The position numbers and the translations under genes are program-made. The notes beneath the pieces were generated by a model, which was not told the origin of the DNA, did not search any database, and saw only the letters and a program-made list of their open reading frames with translations. DNA of 64,000 nucleotides from a virus (Duplodnaviria; Caudoviricetes), in IMG/VR virus record IMGVR_UViG_3300048909_000132, positions 831 to 64,830 of that record; one strand, 5' to 3'. Of the stretch, positions 7,445 through 14,819 are shown piece after piece. Each line of letters begins with the position of its first letter. The first letter of the stretch is position 1.

Positions 7445-8133
7445 GCTACCAGCTCAAGTTGCTCGGTGCCGCGAGGTACCCATCGCATGGGGCATTGCAT
7501 CGCATCCCAGCGTGCGGCCATGCCCCCTGGCGTATTCTGTGGCCGCTTGTGGTTCTGCGCGACGTCAGTGCTGTCGACCGAGGCGAATGGCCAGCGCAAC
7601 CCGGCGCACTGCATCCCGCGCAGCATGTGGATCTGTGGTGCCCTGCCGAACGTGGTGGAAAGCTGGTCCCACACCTCGTCCATCCGCCGCTCCCACAGCT
7701 CACTGAGGACGACCGCGTATTCGGCTGTCGAGCCAATGCACACACGGCTCCAGCCGTCGTCCACCAGTCGGCATAGCCGTCCGACAGGCTCGTCCATGTG
7801 CCACACGGGGCCCGCTTGGCGCTTGCCGTGCGGCCACTCGTTCAGCAATCCATCCTGCTCCTGGCTTGGCGCGTCGATGACATCCGGAGGTACGGCCCAG
7901 GTCGTCGGACAGTGCAGCCACCGATCGCACCACCGGTAGTACGCGGTCCACTTGGCCGCCGCTCCGCGCTTCCACACCGAGAAGGCACCGTTGTCGAGCA
8001 TGACGCTCTGCCCGATCAGGTGGCAGCGACGCACGTCGTCGCATCGTGGGTGCGAGACGCAGAAGGACCGACCGGCAAGCTCATAGAGCGCTTCGACCGG
8101 CGTGATCGGCGTGCCGTGGTAGTGCAAGGTCAC
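7441..8133 (-). CDS. TGT-fold (DpdA-like) base-exchange protein
   Basis: DNGAFS, PDVI, PVWH, IGS, HMLRG and SVDST match the order of TGT/DpdA catalytic motifs; next to queE/queD. Confidence 0.65.
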   Translation of the reverse strand: MTLHYHGTPITPVEALYELAGRSFCVSHPRCDDVRRCHLIGQSVMLDNGAFSVWKRGAAAKWTAYYRWCDRWLHCPTTWAVPPDVIDAPSQEQDGLLNEWPHGKRQAGPVWHMDEPVGRLCRLVDDGWSRVCIGSTAEYAVVLSELWERRMDEVWDQLSTTFGRAPQIHMLRGMQCAGLRWPFASVDSTDVAQNHKRPQNTPGGMAARWDAMQCPMRWVPRGTEQLELVA

Positions 8134-8570
8134 GGGTCGCTGGAGACAGCTGCAATTGCAGCTGTTCGAAGTTCGATCTCGCGTTGCTGACGAAGCTCAG
8201 TCCACCACCGCACACGGCGCTGGGTCGGATGCGTTGCAGCGAGGCGCTTACGAGATGGCGTCGTCAAGCCGAGTGCCTGGGACACCCGACGCAGTCGTGC
8301 CTCGAGCTGCGACGCCGCACAGTTCGCATGCTCGCCGGATCCGCGGAGATCCGCGCGCACGCACAGGCGGATGCATTCGCATATTCCAAGCCGCTGCAGT
8401 TCGCGTGACACCGGTCGGCCAAGCACACCCACGGCGACCAGGTCGTCGCCTTCGAACATGCCGAGAGCGACAATGCCGCCCTGCGCCGGGTCGTGATGGC
8501 GATGATGCAGCGCGATGAAGCGAGCTGCCTCTTTCAACGTCACCCAGCGTGTGGTGAACCTACGCGACAT
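8130..8570 (-). CDS. XF1762-family (GNAT-like) protein, apparently internally shortened
   Basis: TLKEAARFIALHHRHH.P, VGVLGRPVSR.L, RLC and HPT..R.RW motifs. Confidence 0.7.
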   Translation of the reverse strand: MSRRFTTRWVTLKEAARFIALHHRHHDPAQGGIVALGMFEGDDLVAVGVLGRPVSRELQRLGICECIRLCVRADLRGSGEHANCAASQLEARLRRVSQALGLTTPSRKRLAATHPTQRRVRWWTELRQQREIELRTAAIAAVSSDP

Positions 8571-10155
8571 CGAGGCTCATCCAAGCCCTGATGACTTCGG
8601 CGGCGACGACCGGCGAGATCGCGTTGCCGTAGGCGCGCAACTTGGCCACGTCGCCGGAATGCCGAGTAGCCAGCGGGAGAATTCCGGATTGAGTAGGCCT
8701 CCAGCGCCCGTCGCGGCACGGGATCCAGACAAGGCCGCTCCAGGGATCTGGTGGGCCACTTGGTTCTGGAGCTGCTCGCCCTTCGCGCCGCCTCCGCGTT
8801 CCGAGTATGCGCGGTGGTTCGGCGTTCGGTAGTCCCGTTCCGCCGGCGTCGCCCACCCGGTCAGGAGCTTCGTCTGCGAGTGCAGGTTGTCCGGTGTCTT
8901 GCCGCTGGCCACGCGCTTCGCTGAGAAGCCCGTGCTCTCCGCGTCCTCGGCTTCCGGTGTCGACCACCCCGCCAGGTGCGCCTGCTGCGCCAGTTCGTAG
9001 TGCCTCTTCGTCCCAGGCGAACCCCGCGAATCCGCCTCGATCGGTGTCGCCCAACCCGTCAGTTGCACGAAGTCCTGCAGGTCGTTGGCGTGGCCTCCCA
9101 CTGCCCGCGCCAGCACCTTGTCCGGATCCGTCGTCGCTCCTCCCGCCTTCTCCTTCGACGTCGGTGTCGGCCAGCCCGCCAGGAGCGATGCATCCGTCAG
9201 GCTCAGTCCTGGGTGCGCCCTGCTGTTCGGCAGGCTCCTCGAGCCGCTGCTGTTCGCATCGCCCTCGGTCGGCGTCGGCCACCCCGACAACGACGCGGTC
9301 AGCTCCAGCCTCCCCTTGTTCTTGTCGCCGCTCTCCATCCGCGTCACCTCCGACGCCGAGACGTTCGGACTCTCGTTCGCCCTCGGTGTCGGCCACCCCG
9401 ACAACTGCGCCACCTCCCCAAGGTAGAGTGGCACCGAGTTCTGGTTGGCATTGCGCTTCCGGAACGCAGCGCACTTTGCCATCGTGTCCTCGTCGCGAAC
9501 TCGGTCCACCGCTGTCGGTGTCGGCCACCCCGACAACTGGGCGATCGTCGCGACCGTCGCGCCGCGCGCCTGCCCCCGCCACGACGTTCCGGCTTCCGCG
9601 ACCTGGTCCGCTGTGCCCTGGTTCTGATCGCTCGCTCGCGGTGTCGGCCACCCGTCTGTCGGCCACCCACCAGAGCCGCTGTCGGATGTTCGGACCACCG
9701 ACGCCCGCAACCGGGATATCCACCGTCCCGACGGCGTAGCCATGTGCCTCCAGCGCAGCCGATACAACGTCGAGCCACGCCGTGCCGTCGCTGCTTGCAA
9801 CCTGCTCGCCAGCGAGCGCGACAGGGCGGCACTCGCTGATGAGCCACTCCCACGCAGGCCAGAGGTGTCGATCATCAGCAAACCCATCGCCGCGGCCTGC
9901 CTGGGAGAAAGGCTGGCACGGGCAACTGCCGGTCCAGATCGGTCGGTCGTCGGACCATCCGGCCCATCGGAGCGCGAGGCTCCAGAGGCCCAATCCGGCA
10001 AAGAAATGACACTGCGTGTATCCGGCGAGGTCGGCTGGTCGGACGTCGAGGATGTCCCGGTCGTCGACAACCCCGTCGCAAATAAGTCCTGCTGCAATGA
10101 GGTTGCGAAGCCACTGGGCACAGAAGCGATCTTTCTCGTTGTAGTAGGCACTCAT
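8560..10155 (-). CDS. C5 cytosine DNA methyltransferase, alpha chain (motifs I-VIII and X)
   Basis: FFAGLG, GSCPCQPFS, GEQV, RQRLW, C-terminal LRAYGNAI; low-complexity middle; no motif IX in this frame. Confidence 0.9.
   Translation of the reverse strand: MSAYYNEKDRFCAQWLRNLIAAGLICDGVVDDRDILDVRPADLAGYTQCHFFAGLGLWSLALRWAGWSDDRPIWTGSCPCQPFSQAGRGDGFADDRHLWPAWEWLISECRPVALAGEQVASSDGTAWLDVVSAALEAHGYAVGTVDIPVAGVGGPNIRQRLWWVADRRVADTASERSEPGHSGPGRGSRNVVAGAGARRDGRDDRPVVGVADTDSGGPSSRRGHDGKVRCVPEAQCQPELGATLPWGGGAVVGVADTEGERESERLGVGGDADGERRQEQGEAGADRVVVGVADADRGRCEQQRLEEPAEQQGAPRTEPDGCIAPGGLADTDVEGEGGRSDDGSGQGAGAGSGRPRQRPAGLRATDGLGDTDRGGFAGFAWDEEALRTGAAGAPGGVVDTGSRGRGEHGLLSEARGQRQDTGQPALADEAPDRVGDAGGTGLPNAEPPRILGTRRRREGRAAPEPSGPPDPWSGLVWIPCRDGRWRPTQSGILPLATRHSGDVAKLRAYGNAISPVVAAEVIRAWMSLDVA
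8577..10151 (-). CDS. overlapping-frame beta chain: GW[P/A/S]TP module array plus motif IX-like LNPEFSRWLLGIP
   Basis: 524-codon open frame nested in alpha; 8 periodic modules; true start uncertain. Confidence 0.7.
   Translation of the reverse strand: MPTTTRKIASVPSGFATSLQQDLFATGLSTTGTSSTSDQPTSPDTRSVISLPDWASGASRSDGPDGPTTDRSGPAVARASLSPRQAAAMGLLMIDTSGLRGSGSSASAALSRSLASRLQAATARRGSTLYRLRWRHMATPSGRWISRLRASVVRTSDSGSGGWPTDGWPTPRASDQNQGTADQVAEAGTSWRGQARGATVATIAQLSGWPTPTAVDRVRDEDTMAKCAAFRKRNANQNSVPLYLGEVAQLSGWPTPRANESPNVSASEVTRMESGDKNKGRLELTASLSGWPTPTEGDANSSGSRSLPNSRAHPGLSLTDASLLAGWPTPTSKEKAGGATTDPDKVLARAVGGHANDLQDFVQLTGWATPIEADSRGSPGTKRHYELAQQAHLAGWSTPEAEDAESTGFSAKRVASGKTPDNLHSQTKLLTGWATPAERDYRTPNHRAYSERGGGAKGEQLQNQVAHQIPGAALSGSRAATGAGGLLNPEFSRWLLGIPATWPSCAPTATRSRRSSPPKSSGLG
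8845..9666 (-). repeat. 8 dispersed ~14-bp cores (consensus GGGTGGCCGACACC on the - strand) with unique in-frame spacers
   Basis: Cores start at + coordinates 8845, 8956, 9043, 9163, 9271, 9385, 9517 and 9640; periods 111, 87, 120, 108, 114, 132 and 123 nt; partial ninth core near 9657-9666. Confidence 0.9.
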
Positions 10156-10979
10156 GCCGCCATCGCGTGGATGATCGCGGGACGAACCCACCGTCGCTGG
10201 AACGCACGCCACTCGGGACCAGGCGCATGCTTCATCTCCGCTGGCCGCTCCGGTCGCCACAGCATCGCCATCGGCGTGAGGCCAATCGACACCATCTGAT
10301 CGAGCCGCTTCTCCGCTGCGGCGAAACTGTCCTTCGGGTGTCCGATCAGCACGTAGACGCGCAGCCGGTGAGACTCGCGCGTGAACCCTGCTGCCAGCAT
10401 TCGCGTGGCCGCGCTGCGCAGCGTTTCGAACTCGTCGCCTGGGTCATAGGCCCAGAACATCGTCGGGCGTGGTTTGAGATCGGCCAGCAATCCGACCTGA
10501 TAATCCTCCAGCGACAAGGCCTCGAGGCCTCCGGTGAATTCCACACGCCGCGCCTGCTGGCGCAGCATGGCGAACACGGCCTCGACGTGCGGTCGCGGGC
10601 ATGCCAGCAGATTGTCGTCGAGGATGTTCCAACCGGGATGAATCGGCAGCACGTTCGCCGTCGGCCACTTGCGCCACACGCCGCAGAACCAGCAACGACG
10701 CGGGCAGCCGCGCGACGTGATCGTGTAGCCGGGTTTCACATATCGGCCAGGAACGAACTCAAGGCTGTCATCGCCATAGGCCACGCCACCGAGCTTGACC
10801 GGCGCCACCCAGCGCCACTCCTCGGCAAGCCGTTCAGCGACAGGCTTGTCCCAGGTGAACGACACCGAGATATGCACCTCGTCTGCCTCGGCAAACATCG
10901 AAGGCCCGCCGACGTAGGCGAGCGCATCGTCAGGCGTCGCCCTGGTGCGTCGAGGGAACACGCGGATGATGCGTGACAT
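10152..10979 (-). CDS. radical SAM protein with a degenerate cobalamin-binding-like N-terminus
   Basis: TSRGCPRRCWFC (CX3CX2C), ILDDNLL, GGLEA, YVLIG; N-terminal VHISVSFTW and LGG. Confidence 0.85.
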   Translation of the reverse strand: MSRIIRVFPRRTRATPDDALAYVGGPSMFAEADEVHISVSFTWDKPVAERLAEEWRWVAPVKLGGVAYGDDSLEFVPGRYVKPGYTITSRGCPRRCWFCGVWRKWPTANVLPIHPGWNILDDNLLACPRPHVEAVFAMLRQQARRVEFTGGLEALSLEDYQVGLLADLKPRPTMFWAYDPGDEFETLRSAATRMLAAGFTRESHRLRVYVLIGHPKDSFAAAEKRLDQMVSIGLTPMAMLWRPERPAEMKHAPGPEWRAFQRRWVRPAIIHAMAA

Positions 10980-11251
10980 CAGGGATCGTCCCGCCACATG
11001 ACTTCGACGATGCCCTCGACGCGCTCCGTCTCGACCTTATCACCGACGACTTTGAACCTGGGGATCTGCCTGCTGCCGGTGTGGCTGGTGCCATCCTGCA
11101 ACACGACGTAGCGCACCACGTAGCCCGCCTCGGTGTCGTACTCGACGACGAAACGCTGCGGCACGGCGTCGAGGAATATCCGCAGATCCACCGCGACGCG
11201 TGCATCGGTCACGCCGAGCTTCGCGTAGGTTGGCGGCGGCGGTCGGGTCAC
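10979..11251 (-). CDS. hypothetical protein
   Basis: GTG start overlapping the upstream stop; coupled to the radical SAM start. Confidence 0.55.
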   Translation of the reverse strand: MTRPPPPTYAKLGVTDARVAVDLRIFLDAVPQRFVVEYDTEAGYVVRYVVLQDGTSHTGSRQIPRFKVVGDKVETERVEGIVEVMWRDDP

Positions 11252-11703
11252 TTGCAGGGCACTTTCACCGACCGCGGATCGTCCCGCCGACCGGCTGTCG
11301 TGACGAGGCCGGTCCAGCCGCAGTTCGTGCAGGAGATCACATACTTGCCGATGCGCTTCGCCGGGTATGGCAGATCGACCTTGCAGGTTCGCGGCGCGCC
11401 GCGCGAGAAGTCGAGGTCGATGCCGTTCGGGAATTTGGGGTTCGGCGGCTGCGTCGGCTCGCGCATGCCGTCGATCCACTCGACCTGTAGTGCGAGTGCC
11501 GCCTTGCCCTTCACCGGCTCCAGTTCGACGCGCGCGATGGTGCCACGGCGGGAGCGACCGCCCTTGCCATCGGTGCCCATGATGGCAGCACCAGGCGCAT
11601 CCCTGGCGATGAGGCGCGCCTCCTCCTCCGGTCCCTGGAACAGGCAGAAGCTGGACACGTCATGCTCGGTGAACGCGATCACCCGCCAGTCGCCCTCGCT
11701 CAT
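11248..11703 (-). CDS. hypothetical protein with CxxC
   Basis: ATGA overlap; CTNCG motif. Confidence 0.6.
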   Translation of the reverse strand: MSEGDWRVIAFTEHDVSSFCLFQGPEEEARLIARDAPGAAIMGTDGKGGRSRRGTIARVELEPVKGKAALALQVEWIDGMREPTQPPNPKFPNGIDLDFSRGAPRTCKVDLPYPAKRIGKYVISCTNCGWTGLVTTAGRRDDPRSVKVPCK

Positions 11704-12563
11704 GCTCCCACTCCGTCGAGATGATTGGCGAGCCGCTGCATGCCGGTGCGCACCCGCTCGCCGGCGGCGGCGAGGCGCATGCGGCGATAGGCCGCGTAGC
11801 CGCTCACAGAGCCGCCCAGGCACACCCAGAGGACAGCCTCCCAGTGGAGCCGCCCGAGGGCCGCAGCCGCCTGACGGGCCACGCAGCAGGCCTCCAGGCT
11901 CACCGCGCTGATCGAGCGCAGGAACGGCGAGGTCTGCACCGCCATCCCGCCGGTCTGGCCAAGCGGCGGCGTCAGCGCCTCCAGGCTGGCGCGGAGCAGC
12001 TCCGCAGCCTCGACCTCCCGCCCGGTGATCGAACCCGCGCGCTCGAGCGCATCCAGCGGATCGGCCCGCACCGCCCTGCGGATGATCCGCTGCGGCTGCG
12101 CCGGGTCGCGCACCGTGGCGATCGACACGTCGGCCTCGCGGATCACCGTGCCGGTGGGGTCGATCACGGCCTCCAGGCGCAGGGTGGGCCCGACGTCGAC
12201 CCCGCCGTAGTGGTGGACGACCGGCTTCGGCCTGCGGCGCTCAGACCGGCGACCGGCAGCTATCGCCAGCGCCATCTCGGTCGGGGGCCTGCGCGCGGGC
12301 GCCTGGAGGCGCTCCTGGCGGGGTCTGGGCGCGCCCGCGTCTTTCGGCCAGGGATGGATCTCGACGCCGTGTGGCGCTTCCCCAGGCTGGAGGCGGCGGC
12401 AAATTATCCGCAACCGGGGTGATTGCACCTCGCCGGCGCGGCGCAGCCGGGTCACCTCGACCACCCGGTAGACCACCCGCCCCTTCGGGCTGCCGAGCAG
12501 CATGCCCACGGCGAGGCCTGCCGCCGACCGGCGCGAGCGCAGCGTGAGGATGCGCTCGCTCAT
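11700..12563 (-). CDS. hypothetical protein, possible late-gene regulator (DUF6456-like C-terminus)
   Basis: DPLDALERAGSIT..E.EAA..LR segment; function not established. Confidence 0.5.
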   Translation of the reverse strand: MSERILTLRSRRSAAGLAVGMLLGSPKGRVVYRVVEVTRLRRAGEVQSPRLRIICRRLQPGEAPHGVEIHPWPKDAGAPRPRQERLQAPARRPPTEMALAIAAGRRSERRRPKPVVHHYGGVDVGPTLRLEAVIDPTGTVIREADVSIATVRDPAQPQRIIRRAVRADPLDALERAGSITGREVEAAELLRASLEALTPPLGQTGGMAVQTSPFLRSISAVSLEACCVARQAAAALGRLHWEAVLWVCLGGSVSGYAAYRRMRLAAAGERVRTGMQRLANHLDGVGA

Positions 12564-13135
12564 CGGATCCCGAGCGCGATCCGCGCCAGATCGCGCTGCT
12601 CCGGACTGGCGGGCCACCGGGGGAACGTCTCGATGATGCCCCCTGACAGCATGTCCATGCCCTCGTTCATCCGGTAGGGCGTCAGACCGTCGGGCTTGCC
12701 GTTGTCCCGGCGCGTGATCTCGCGGGTGTCGGAGACGATCTGTCGCTCGCCCGCAGCGTCGCGATACATGATCACCACCATCACCACCTCGCGGCGGTCC
12801 TCGGCCTCGCTCGGTCGGATGGCGTTCGAACGAGCGCGGAACTCTGCCTCGGTTTCGCCAGGGGCTCGGTCGAGGTGCCGAATCCAGGCCTCGCTGATGA
12901 AGCTCAGAGCCTCTGCGTCGTACGCGATGCAGTAGGCGCGGACCATCGTGAGAATCCGAGCCTTCTCATCGTTGCCTTTCCACGGCGCAGCCATGACGTG
13001 CTGCGCGTCCTTGGCGTGCATGACGAACATGCGGCCCACGTCGCCCTGCTTGAGCAACATCCGCTCCGCGAACGCCATGTCGAAGCGAACCTGCTTCTCC
13101 CAGTCGCCGCGGGCTGAGTTCGGTTTGTGTGCCAT
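12560..13135 (-). CDS. hypothetical protein
   Basis: Coupled ORF, 191 aa. Confidence 0.7.
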   Translation of the reverse strand: MAHKPNSARGDWEKQVRFDMAFAERMLLKQGDVGRMFVMHAKDAQHVMAAPWKGNDEKARILTMVRAYCIAYDAEALSFISEAWIRHLDRAPGETEAEFRARSNAIRPSEAEDRREVVMVVIMYRDAAGERQIVSDTREITRRDNGKPDGLTPYRMNEGMDMLSGGIIETFPRWPASPEQRDLARIALGIR

Positions 13136-13371
13136 CAGTGACTCCGTTGACCCCTGAGTGGGTAGAGCTTGGCGTGGAACGCCAGGATCTCATCGCGGAT
13201 GCGAACCGTTGCCGCCGGGTTCGATGTGAGCAGCACCAGAAGGCTGCCAGCGCCAGAGAAGAACACGTTCCGCAACATCCCCTGCGCCAGATCGGTGCTG
13301 ATGCCGTGCGGCGCCAGCACGTTGGTGAAGTAGCTCTGCCACTCCTCCTCCAGCGTCCTGCCGATCTTCAT
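13135..13371 (-). CDS. hypothetical protein
   Basis: ATGA coupling. Confidence 0.6.
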   Translation of the reverse strand: MKIGRTLEEEWQSYFTNVLAPHGISTDLAQGMLRNVFFSGAGSLLVLLTSNPAATVRIRDEILAFHAKLYPLRGQRSH

Positions 13372-13712
13372 GGCCGGATCGCCTCGGTACCGACGCGCAC
13401 GCACTCGACGATCACCAGCGGTGGGTTGTGCAGTGCCAGGAATTCGTCACGCGCATCGCGATGGCGCACGAAGTCCAGCACCCGCCGATAGCCGAATTCC
13501 TGCTCGTCCCAGAACAGCAACGTGGCGAAGGTGGATGGCTCGCTCGTGCCTTGTTCCGCGATCCGGCACTCGCGCTCGAGGCGGTGCAGATATGCCAGGA
13601 GGTCACGCAACCAGGCGCGCCCCAACATCAGCACCGCAGGCGCCTCGCTCGCCGTGACGATCCCTACGAACTCAGCGAACCCTTCGGGGCGCGAGGACAG
13701 CTGCAAGCTCAT
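13368..13712 (-). CDS. hypothetical protein
   Basis: ATGA coupling. Confidence 0.6.
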   Translation of the reverse strand: MSLQLSSRPEGFAEFVGIVTASEAPAVLMLGRAWLRDLLAYLHRLERECRIAEQGTSEPSTFATLLFWDEQEFGYRRVLDFVRHRDARDEFLALHNPPLVIVECVRVGTEAIRP

Positions 13713-14224
13713 TTCAGCAATTCCGGCACGCGCTTCCGACCGTTCGGCAGCGGGTTGATCTGATCAAGCTGGGAGGGCGTCATGTACGCCGGTCGTGGCG
13801 CGGCGCGCGGTTGATCGTCGCGCGCCTCGCTGAACGGGCTGTGCATGTTCGCGATGATCTGCTGCACGCAGCCGCGCACGTAGGCGATCTCCTCCTCGCT
13901 CGGTGGCACGCGGGGCTCGACGAGCGGTGGTGCTTCCTTCGGCTTGGCGAGCAGCGGCGGCAGCGGTCGATGCTCGCGCCACCAGTCGGACAGCCAGCCC
14001 GCCAACTCGCCGTAGGTGGGGAAGCCTTTGACCGCCTTCGCCGCACAATGCTGGAGGCTGTCCTGGGTGAACGCGGCGTCGGGAAACCGATCGACGAGCA
14101 GCGGCACGTACGCCGCGAGCTTCATCTCGGACTCCTGGCGCGAGATGCTAACCGCCGAGAGCACGCCGAGAGATTGGCACCACTGTCGCACCACCGGAAT
14201 GTGCGTCTGCTTCTGGTTCGGCAT
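13709..14224 (-). CDS. putative helicase loader / replication accessory protein
   Basis: Directly downstream of the initiator-like gene; FPTYGEL motif; position-based call. Confidence 0.45.
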   Translation of the reverse strand: MPNQKQTHIPVVRQWCQSLGVLSAVSISRQESEMKLAAYVPLLVDRFPDAAFTQDSLQHCAAKAVKGFPTYGELAGWLSDWWREHRPLPPLLAKPKEAPPLVEPRVPPSEEEIAYVRGCVQQIIANMHSPFSEARDDQPRAAPRPAYMTPSQLDQINPLPNGRKRVPELLK

Positions 14225-14819
14225 CGGAGGCCTCCATGTCGGCCAGGATGCTGGCCGTGAATCCGTTCCTTGGTTCGCTTCCTCTCACCACACCACCATT
14301 CATGCGCCCCGCCCGCCGTTCCCCCTTTGGGGGATTAGGGGGGACTCTGGAGTCTGTTTCTCTGGAGTCTGTGGATGCAAAACTATGGTCTTGCTCGTGC
14401 AAAACCTTCCCGTCGTCTCGGGTTTGCTCGTGCAAATTTCTCGGATTTCGGCCTGTAGCCGTGTTTTTCCAGCTACGTTGTGCCGCGCGCACACGGTGTA
14501 GTGAAGTGACTCCTGATTGACTCATCCGTGGACTCCAAATGGCTTGTCTGTGGTCACGTTGCGCCACGCCATTGGCCTCCAACTCGGCTAGCCAGAGGTT
14601 GAAATCACGCCGTCTTGTGCCCCTCGGAGCGAGCAGGCTGAACAGTTCATCGTCGGTCGGCACGCGCCCCTTGATCGTCACTGTTCCGTACGGCTCGCCC
14701 TGCGCGGCGATGCAGAGCAGACCCATCCACAGCCCGCGCGCCGGGATCGAACACAGGTTGAGGGCCGTGTCGTTCGACCAATCCGCCCAGAACCACTTTG
14801 CCCACCGCAGCTTCGACAT
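14148..14819 (-). CDS. phage replication initiator / replisome organiser-like protein
   Basis: W.KWFWADW.ND.AL..CS..ARGLW..LLC N-terminus; internal direct repeats. Confidence 0.65.
   Translation of the reverse strand: MSKLRWAKWFWADWSNDTALNLCSIPARGLWMGLLCIAAQGEPYGTVTIKGRVPTDDELFSLLAPRGTRRRDFNLWLAELEANGVAQRDHRQAIWSPRMSQSGVTSLHRVRAAQRSWKNTATGRNPRNLHEQTRDDGKVLHEQDHSFASTDSRETDSRVPPNPPKGERRAGRMNGGVVRGSEPRNGFTASILADMEASDAEPEADAHSGGATVVPISRRALGG
14345..14436. repeat. candidate origin iterons inside the initiator gene
   Basis: CTCTGGAGTCTGT at 14345 and 14360; TTGCTCGTGCAAA at 14391 and 14424. Confidence 0.55.

Noticed and set aside
8845-9666. Repeat-spacer pattern as a CRISPR array
   Set aside because: Cores are only ~14 bp, degenerate and non-palindromic; spacers are 73-118 bp and keep frame; the array lies inside a CDS; no cas genes.
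8807-9839. + strand ORFs 8807-9739 and 8976-9839 over the MTase
   Set aside because: Low-complexity mirror translations of the repeat array; only the two - strand frames carry MTase motifs.
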